From Rickettsiales bacterium (GTDB lineage Bacteria > Pseudomonadota > Alphaproteobacteria > Rickettsiales > SXRF01), in assembly GCA_005792635.1 (NCBI GenBank), contig SXRF01000068.1, positions 180-64,179 of the forward strand: DNA of 64,000 nt, in the 5' to 3' direction. The translations under genes were made by a program, and so were the position numbers. Positions 57,901 to 64,000 of this stretch are shown piece after piece (position 1 is the stretch's first letter; every line of letters starts with the position of its first letter). Below the pieces are notes generated by a model. That model saw only the letters and a program-made list of their open reading frames with translations, was not told the origin of the DNA and ran no database searches.

Positions 57901-59208
57901 ATGACAGAAATAATAGATAAAAAAGCAATTTTGCCGACGGATGCTGCTGCTCCGCTGGTGAAGAAGATATTCGCTACCAAGGAGGAGTTGCTGGAGGCTT
58001 TGGGGAGTGGAGATTTTTATCTCGAGCTGATGATGGTTGCTCTTGCCATTGTGTTGGCTGGGCTTGCTGCTTATGTTATTCGCCGTCGCACCAGAATATA
58101 TTTTGACGCTCACCCACCAAAAAAGATTGATATTGAATTTATTATTAAGCCGCTTGCGCTTCTATCGTCTTTACTGTCTTTATTGTTCCTGAGCATAGCA
58201 AAGCCATTTGCCGAGGAATATAGCCATAGTAGCGCATTGACCGATGCTGCGATTCAACTTTGCTTGTCATATACGGCGGCGAAATCAGTCTTGCTGATTG
58301 TGCGCTCGCGCCTTGTTGCGTGGTTTATCGCTCTGGTTATCATGGTGGTGGCGGTGCTTAATGTTACTGGTTTTATGAAAACCACGACCGCCTATCTTGA
58401 TGCGATGTCGTTTGAGGTTGGTAAATTCAAAATTTCTATGCTTGGTCTTACCAATGGTTTGGTAATTTTGGTGGTGGTTTTTTGGGGGGCTGGGTTGCTT
58501 TCTCGTACACTGGAAAGCTATCTGCGCCGTACATCGGCTCTCAGCTATAATGCTCGCGAGCTTACGGTAAAATTCTTCAAAATATTCATCTATTTTGTAG
58601 CAATTCTTATTACTCTTTCCGCTGTTGGCGTGGATCTCACCGCTTTTGCTGTATTCAGCGGTGCGCTCGGTGTTGGTATCGGTCTTGGTTTGCAAAAAAT
58701 TACTGCCAATTTCGTTAGCGGTATCACTCTGCTTCTTGAAAAATCTATAAAACTTGGTGATTTAATTGAGGTGGCGGGAACAACTGGTTGGGTGCGTGCG
58801 CTCAATATTCGTTACGCGCTGATGGAAACTTCTGATGGGCGAGAGTTGCTAATTCCCAATGAAGAACTTACTTCCACACGGGTGACCAATTGGTCGCACA
58901 GCAACGACAAGGCGCGGATTGAGATTAAAGTAACGCTGGATTATGAGACTGACGCGAAGAAAGTTATAGAGCTAATGCTGGAATGCGCTAGATTGCATCC
59001 GCGTTGTTTGCGTAAGCCAAAGCCGATTTGTTGGCTGCGCGAATTCACTGATACTGGCTTGGTGTTTGTCCTCGCCTTCTGGATTCCTGATGTGCACGAA
59101 GGGCGCAATACGCCGCAAAGCGAGGTTATGCTTTCTATATTGGAGGTTTTCCGCAAAGAGGGAATTGTGTTTGCGCAAAGTGCGAACGCTGTGCGGAAAA
59201 GTGTTTAA
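57901..59208 (+). CDS. MscS-family mechanosensitive channel
   Basis: 435 aa with multiple N-terminal TM helices and the MscS core GVGIGLGLQKITANFVSGITLLLEKSIKLGDLIEV. Confidence 0.88.
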   Translation: MTEIIDKKAILPTDAAAPLVKKIFATKEELLEALGSGDFYLELMMVALAIVLAGLAAYVIRRRTRIYFDAHPPKKIDIEFIIKPLALLSSLLSLLFLSIAKPFAEEYSHSSALTDAAIQLCLSYTAAKSVLLIVRSRLVAWFIALVIMVVAVLNVTGFMKTTTAYLDAMSFEVGKFKISMLGLTNGLVILVVVFWGAGLLSRTLESYLRRTSALSYNARELTVKFFKIFIYFVAILITLSAVGVDLTAFAVFSGALGVGIGLGLQKITANFVSGITLLLEKSIKLGDLIEVAGTTGWVRALNIRYALMETSDGRELLIPNEELTSTRVTNWSHSNDKARIEIKVTLDYETDAKKVIELMLECARLHPRCLRKPKPICWLREFTDTGLVFVLAFWIPDVHEGRNTPQSEVMLSILEVFRKEGIVFAQSANAVRKSV

Positions 59209-60758
59209 TGACAAAGGCAATATATATTTCAGTCGCTGCAATGCTTGCGTTTGTCTTGTTGCGTGAGGTTTGGTTTTTTCCTTCGCCTGAGCTTATTCCT
59301 AATCCTGATAATGCTTGGTTGCTCTATGCGGCTGGGCGTTTGGCGGCTGGGCAGAAACTATATATTGATATATTGGAAACCAACCCGCCGCTGATTGTTT
59401 GGCTTAATTTGCTGCCCTTATACCTTGGGCGGTTGCTTTCCGTAAATCCATTGATTATGCTGCCGATTTTGGTGTCTGCCCTCGCTTTGTATAGCTTGTT
59501 TTTATGTTCTCGGATTTTGCGGGATTATAAGTTTCAAAGTGAATTTATTATTTATATCGCCTTTGGTTTTTTTATCCTCTCCACCATGATTTATGGGCAG
59601 CGCGAGCATATCTTTATAATTTTAGCACTGCCATATTTATTGACTTCCTTGTCAAAAAATAGCCGCTACTCACTCGCTATAATAATGATGGCGGCGATTG
59701 CTTTTGCTATTAAACCATTTTTTATGTTGTTGTGGGGAATAAACGAATTGGCGCGGGCAGTGGAAAACCGCAAAATATCAACGATCTTTGCATGGCATAA
59801 TTGGTTTATTGGTTTGTTTCAACTAGCATATTTCGCAGCGATTTACTTTATTACGCCTGAATATTTCTCGGTTATTATTCCAGCTCTATTCACCACATAT
59901 TTTGCTTATGAAACGCCGCTACTTAATATATTGAAAATAATTGGATATATAACAGCTCCTGTTTTTTTATTGTTATTACTATCGAAACTGCGCGACTGCA
60001 AAAATGGTGCAAATAAACTAATTCCAAGAGCGGTTTTGTGGATGTTTGCTTGCGCGATGTTTATGGTTTTGCAACAAAAAATCTGGATAAACCATCAATA
60101 TCCATTGTTGTTTATGGCGGGGCTGGTTTTGCTGTTGCTGCTTACTCACCTTATTGAGCAGTGGAAAATATTGCGACTGGAAATCGGACGCCCAAAATTT
60201 GCGGCACTCGCTGCTATAATCTCAATATTTATTGGTGCATTATTTGTTGATGTAAAAACCAGTTATCTGATGGTCAGTAAGCCGTCAAAAATTAGTGAAC
60301 AGCTTATTGAAGCCATAAATACAAACGCGGACGGAAAATATATTTACCCGCTGGTGTATAATATGCAGCCAAGTTTTCCCGCGATTAACCTATCTAAAGG
60401 CGTGTTTCTAGGCGGATTTCATCAGCTATGGGCTATGGCGGGCTTGATTATTCGTGATAACGATAGCTTTCCTGCGATAGATAAAACGAGAAAATGGTTT
60501 TATGATACGCTGGTTGATGATTTCAGCAAATTTCCACCACAACTAGTATGGGTGGATGAAAATATCAATTTGGAGAAAGTAAATATTTATGATATTAGCC
60601 CTGCTGATAGGGATATAATAGCCGTTTTGTCGCGCGATGTCCGCTTTGCCAAAATTTGGCAGAATTATAAAAAAATTGGTGAAATAATCGGCGAGCAAGA
60701 TAAAAAAAACAATGATAAAAAACCAGAGAAATACTCTCTGTATATTCGGAAAAATTAG
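59208..60758 (+). CDS. Polytopic membrane protein, GT-C (ArnT/PMT-like) glycosyltransferase family candidate
   Basis: 516 aa with at least 10 hydrophobic helices. The N-terminal loop PDNAWLLYAAGRLAAGQKLYIDILETNPPL resembles the DE..Y...G...kPPL signature of GT39/GT83 enzymes. Its start overlaps the mscS stop. Confidence 0.55.
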   Translation: MTKAIYISVAAMLAFVLLREVWFFPSPELIPNPDNAWLLYAAGRLAAGQKLYIDILETNPPLIVWLNLLPLYLGRLLSVNPLIMLPILVSALALYSLFLCSRILRDYKFQSEFIIYIAFGFFILSTMIYGQREHIFIILALPYLLTSLSKNSRYSLAIIMMAAIAFAIKPFFMLLWGINELARAVENRKISTIFAWHNWFIGLFQLAYFAAIYFITPEYFSVIIPALFTTYFAYETPLLNILKIIGYITAPVFLLLLLSKLRDCKNGANKLIPRAVLWMFACAMFMVLQQKIWINHQYPLLFMAGLVLLLLLTHLIEQWKILRLEIGRPKFAALAAIISIFIGALFVDVKTSYLMVSKPSKISEQLIEAINTNADGKYIYPLVYNMQPSFPAINLSKGVFLGGFHQLWAMAGLIIRDNDSFPAIDKTRKWFYDTLVDDFSKFPPQLVWVDENINLEKVNIYDISPADRDIIAVLSRDVRFAKIWQNYKKIGEIIGEQDKKNNDKKPEKYSLYIRKN

Positions 60759-60803
60759 GGAAAAACAGTTGCAGCAGTTACTGCAAATATTTATGGATGA
60801 TTG

Positions 60804-61748
60804 ATGAGATTTATAATTGAAAAAATTAAACAGCTGCCAAGCTTATTTTTTAGAGTATTGTTGATTACGCTGGCTATCATTTTGCTGATTTACTACCCAG
60901 TTGGTATGTTGCTGATACATGAAATAGATGATTCTCCAGACTATTCAGCTGAAGCATTTATGATTGAGAATGGCAGCTTTTCGGTTAGCACGGCAGCAGC
61001 ACTTGTGGATAGAGAAGTAAATAGACATCACTGGGTTTCGAGCGATCCATTTTTCTATCCAAGTGCAATGCTGGATCGCATGCCAGCCTATCAGCGTGGT
61101 ATAATTTCTGCGGTTGCACGCTTTACGATTGAACTTTCCGACCAGATAGCTCGCACTCGCGGTTCTAGCGGTGTTGACACTGATGTACAAAAAGCAAATG
61201 GTCTTTTCAATTATTCGCCATATGTATGGATGTTTGACCCTTCCACTTCTTGGTTGCCAACCGCCTCTAGCCCAACCCAATATCGCTCAGGAATGCAAGC
61301 ATTAATGAGCTATAATAAGCGACTTGGTGAAGGCAGAGCAGTATTTGATAGGCGTGCTGATAATTTACTAGAAGCCCTAAATCGTATGGCGGCGGATTTG
61401 GGTTCTTCTTCGGCGGACATAGATACTTATATAGAGGGAAAAGAAAAACTATCCTTTTCATCCGCGTCAGAGCTTTTTTACTATAACAAAGGCAGAATGT
61501 ATGCTGATTATATGTTACTTGCCGCACTAGAAAAAGATTTTGCATCCGTTATTAGCGAGCGGCAGCTTGGTGCATCTTGGGCGCAAATGTTGGAAAGCCT
61601 TCGTTTTGGCATGTCATTCGATCATTTATTTGTGCTTAACTTTCATCCTGACAGCATAATTCTGGCTAATCATTTGACTAGTCAAGGTTTTTATCTTATG
61701 CGCGCAAGAACGCAGATGCGTGAAATAACTGATATTTTAACAAAATAA
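60804..61748 (+). CDS. Membrane-anchored hypothetical protein (possibly DUF2333 family)
   Basis: 314 aa with a single N-terminal TM helix (FFRVLLITLAIILLIYYPVGMLLI). The family assignment is from memory only. Confidence 0.55.
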   Translation: MRFIIEKIKQLPSLFFRVLLITLAIILLIYYPVGMLLIHEIDDSPDYSAEAFMIENGSFSVSTAAALVDREVNRHHWVSSDPFFYPSAMLDRMPAYQRGIISAVARFTIELSDQIARTRGSSGVDTDVQKANGLFNYSPYVWMFDPSTSWLPTASSPTQYRSGMQALMSYNKRLGEGRAVFDRRADNLLEALNRMAADLGSSSADIDTYIEGKEKLSFSSASELFYYNKGRMYADYMLLAALEKDFASVISERQLGASWAQMLESLRFGMSFDHLFVLNFHPDSIILANHLTSQGFYLMRARTQMREITDILTK

Positions 61749-61806
61749 TATAGATTTTACACAATGTTAGGTGTAAACAGAATATAGCTTCTTGTAGGGG
61801 AAAATA

Positions 61807-63108
61807 ATGAGTAATAAATTACAGCCTGTGCGCGGAACGCATGATATTTTACCTGATGAATTTGAAAAATTCAGTGCGGTGACGGGTGCGGCGCGTGAGC
61901 TGGCGACTTTGCATGGTTTCCGCGAGATGGCAACGCCTATTTTTGAGATGACCGAGGTTTTCTCGCGCTCTATGGGCGAGACTTCTGATGTGGTTTCCAA
62001 GGAGATGTTTTCCTTTGAAACGCGCGGCGGCGAGAGCGTGTGTTTGCGTCCAGAATTCACGGCGGGAACGGCGCGGGCGTTTATCTCAAACGGAATGCAG
62101 CAGAATTTGCCGCTGAAACTATTTTCCACTGGCGCAGTGTTTCGCTATGAACGCCCACAAAAGGGCAGGCAACGCCAATTTCACCAAGTGAATTTTGAGT
62201 GGCTGGGCGATGCTGGTTGGCAGGCGGACGCCGAGATTATTTTACTGGCTGGGCATTTGCTGTCTATGCTTTCCGAGGAAAAATTCACACTTCATATCAA
62301 CACCCTTGGCGATACGGATAGCCGCGAAAAATATCGGGCTGCTTTGGTCGCTTACCTAACTCCACTAGCCGATAAATTATCCGATGACAGCAAGCGTCGG
62401 CTTGCTCAAAATCCTTTGCGGATATTGGATACGAAAGACGCTGGCGACCGCGAATTGCTAAAAAATGCGCCAATCATGACCGATTATTTGAGCGAGGCGG
62501 CAAAGGCTAGATTTGCTAGTATTTGCACAGTTTTGCAAGCCGAGGAAAAAACTCTGTTCCAGCAAATAAAGATTGACCCTGCGCTGGTGCGCGGGCTGGA
62601 TTATTATACTGACACGGTGTTTGAATTTGTGGCAAATTCTGGCGAGCTAGGAGCGCAGAATACTGTGCTGGCGGGCGGGCGATATGATGGGCTGATCGAG
62701 CAAATGGGCGGCAAAGCAACGCCAGCCATTGGTTTTGCTGCTGGCGTGGAGCGATTGTCAATGCTGATTCCCGATGATGTGGAAGCCGAAAAATCCGAAA
62801 AAGTTATCGTGCTGCCTTTTGAAGAAATTGCACCCAGCGAAGTTTTTTCCATTGCCAGCTTGCTGCGCTTCGGGCTGTATAATATTTTTCCTGATTTGAG
62901 CCTAGAAATTTACTGGGAAGGAAAACTTTCCAAACGCCTTGAAAAAGCTGTGAAAAACGGCGCAACCCACGCGGTTATCCTCTCGCCCGAGGAAATGAAA
63001 AACGAAGTTTGCATAGTAAAAAATCTGAACACGCGAACCGAACAAAAAATCCCGCTGGAAGATTTTGAGGATGACGCAAAGTTGGAAGTGATTTTTGGGA
63101 TAGAATAG
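61807..63108 (+). CDS. hisS: Histidine--tRNA ligase
   Basis: 433 aa with LQPVRGTHDILPDE, FRYERPQKGRQRQFHQ and GGGRYDGL. Confidence 0.96.
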   Translation: MSNKLQPVRGTHDILPDEFEKFSAVTGAARELATLHGFREMATPIFEMTEVFSRSMGETSDVVSKEMFSFETRGGESVCLRPEFTAGTARAFISNGMQQNLPLKLFSTGAVFRYERPQKGRQRQFHQVNFEWLGDAGWQADAEIILLAGHLLSMLSEEKFTLHINTLGDTDSREKYRAALVAYLTPLADKLSDDSKRRLAQNPLRILDTKDAGDRELLKNAPIMTDYLSEAAKARFASICTVLQAEEKTLFQQIKIDPALVRGLDYYTDTVFEFVANSGELGAQNTVLAGGRYDGLIEQMGGKATPAIGFAAGVERLSMLIPDDVEAEKSEKVIVLPFEEIAPSEVFSIASLLRFGLYNIFPDLSLEIYWEGKLSKRLEKAVKNGATHAVILSPEEMKNEVCIVKNLNTRTEQKIPLEDFEDDAKLEVIFGIE

Positions 63109-63139
63109 AAGCACCAACCACTCCCTCCAACTTTGAGGG

Positions 63140-63157
63140 CTGAACATATATGTTCAG
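63140..63157. repeat. Perfect 18-bp palindrome downstream of hisS
   Basis: CTGAACATATATGTTCAG, flanked by imperfectly complementary C-rich and G-rich arms (63113-63176). It is a possible terminator or island junction. Confidence 0.8.
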
Positions 63158-63419
63158 GGTTGAGGTGGGAGGTGTCATGAAACTAAAATTAAAACTTGAT
63201 TATAATACTTAATTATGCTTGATATTTAGATGGCGTGGACACGCTCTTGAATTTTAAGTGCCATCGATGGCAGAAGAATATGGAGGTCAATATGTAGAAT
63301 TTTATGCAAACTACACCGCAAAAGCCGTGTGGTTTTTTTTGTGCAAATTTTTTGTCAGGTGCTGAGTTCGCAGAGACAAATGGAACTTTTAAAAACAAAA
63401 AACATAAGGATTTTTTTAT

Positions 63420-64000
63420 ATGACTAATACAGAAATAACTAGGATTATTCTAAAAACAGATTATTCTCGTCGCTTTCCAGACCCACTTAATAAATTGGAA
63501 ACATCTAATTTACAAATGGAGCATCACATATTGCTTGTTAAAGCGATAGATTTGCCAAAAGAAATATCTCGAAAACCAAACCCTAGAGAGCAGAATATAG
63601 ACAAAAGGGTGTATAAAAAAATACAAGAATCTCTTGCTAACCCCAATGATGCCAAGTTTCATTTAAGAAACAAAGGCATTACTATGTTCGCTCAAAAAGT
63701 AGAAATAAGCGATGATAAAAAGAATGTAACAGTTTTTATTGGAGCAAAGGATGGAATCGCAGATGGTGGGCATACTTATGAAATAATAATCGATGCTCAA
63801 GAAAGGCAAGAATGTCCAGATAATCAATATGTTAAAATTGAAATAATTACAGGTATTCCAGAAGACGATAAAGTAGAAATTGTTGGAGGGCTGAATACTT
63901 GTGTTCAAGTTCAGGCTATTAGCCTAGCAAATCTTGATAGTAAGTTTGATTGGGTTAAAGGCGAAATAAAGGATATGCCATATTCAGACAAAATCGCCTA
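63420..64000 (+). CDS. AT-rich ORF running off the window end; N-terminal ParB/DndB/AIPR-like motifs (partial)
   Basis: Hand translation from the ATG at 63420 is open to the window end (193 codons): MTNTEITRIILKTDY...SRKPNPREQNIDKRVYKKIQESL...FHLRNKGITMFA...GAKDGIADGGHTYEII.... It is absent from the ORF track because no stop falls within the window. The functional guess rests on the NPR and DGxH motifs only. Confidence 0.5.
   Translation, partial: MTNTEITRIILKTDYSRRFPDPLNKLETSNLQMEHHILLVKAIDLPKEISRKPNPREQNIDKRVYKKIQESLANPNDAKFHLRNKGITMFAQKVEISDDKKNVTVFIGAKDGIADGGHTYEIIIDAQERQECPDNQYVKIEIITGIPEDDKVEIVGGLNTCVQVQAISLANLDSKFDWVKGEIKDMPYSDKIA

Noticed and set aside
63213-63398. The 61-aa minus-strand ORF in the AT-rich region after hisS.
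   Set aside because: No SD, an odd composition (Cys/Phe/Lys-rich), and it lies in a region likely to be promoter or leader of the 63420 gene.

Overview
This window reads as core chromosome of an alphaproteobacterium; that assignment rests on protein motifs and gene order only, since no database search was possible. From 1 to 14411 it carries the S10-spc-alpha ribosomal protein operons on the + strand: rpsJ (5' truncated), rplCDWB, rpsS, rplV, rpsC, rplP, rpmC, rpsQ, rplNXE, rpsNH, rplFR, rpsE, rpmD, rplO, secY, adk, rpsMK, rpoA, rplQ. Housekeeping genes follow: crcB, an RluA-family pseudouridine synthase, ATP12, pccB, the holA-lptE-leuS block, a porin, yggS and tRNA-Thr(UGU). An 11-gene co-oriented chemotaxis cluster sits at 29543-40680: RsbW-like kinase, CheS-like STAS, cheY, cheA, cheW, mcp, cheR, cheD, cheB, a soluble mcp and a SpoIIAA-like STAS. 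After it come metC, a BrnT/BrnA toxin-antitoxin pair, argD, mreB, serS, a thiolase, purL, an L,D-transpeptidase, a TlpA-like protein, surE, a TrxR-type ferredoxin-NADP reductase, folD, purH, trpS, an MscS channel, a GT-C glycosyltransferase-like membrane protein, hisS, and a truncated AT-rich gene at the right edge. The most unusual signal is not a gene. It is a family of long imperfect hairpins whose arms are tandem 7-nt repeats. These fill spacers inside the ribosomal and chemotaxis operons and also lie in frame inside leuS, purL and yggS and across the lptE signal peptide. Two further structured repeat families are present: a CCCGC hairpin followed by CTGG, and a roughly 95-nt GTCAT...ATGAC multi-hairpin element with compensatory stem changes. 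Other points worth a second look are the partner-switching genes bracketing the che operon, three orphan ORFs (one strongly AT-rich just upstream of purL, one with a C9 tract in its promoter region), a 15-nt inverted copy of tRNA-Thr body sequence, and an AT-rich island starting right after hisS. All functional calls come from motif recognition and synteny.
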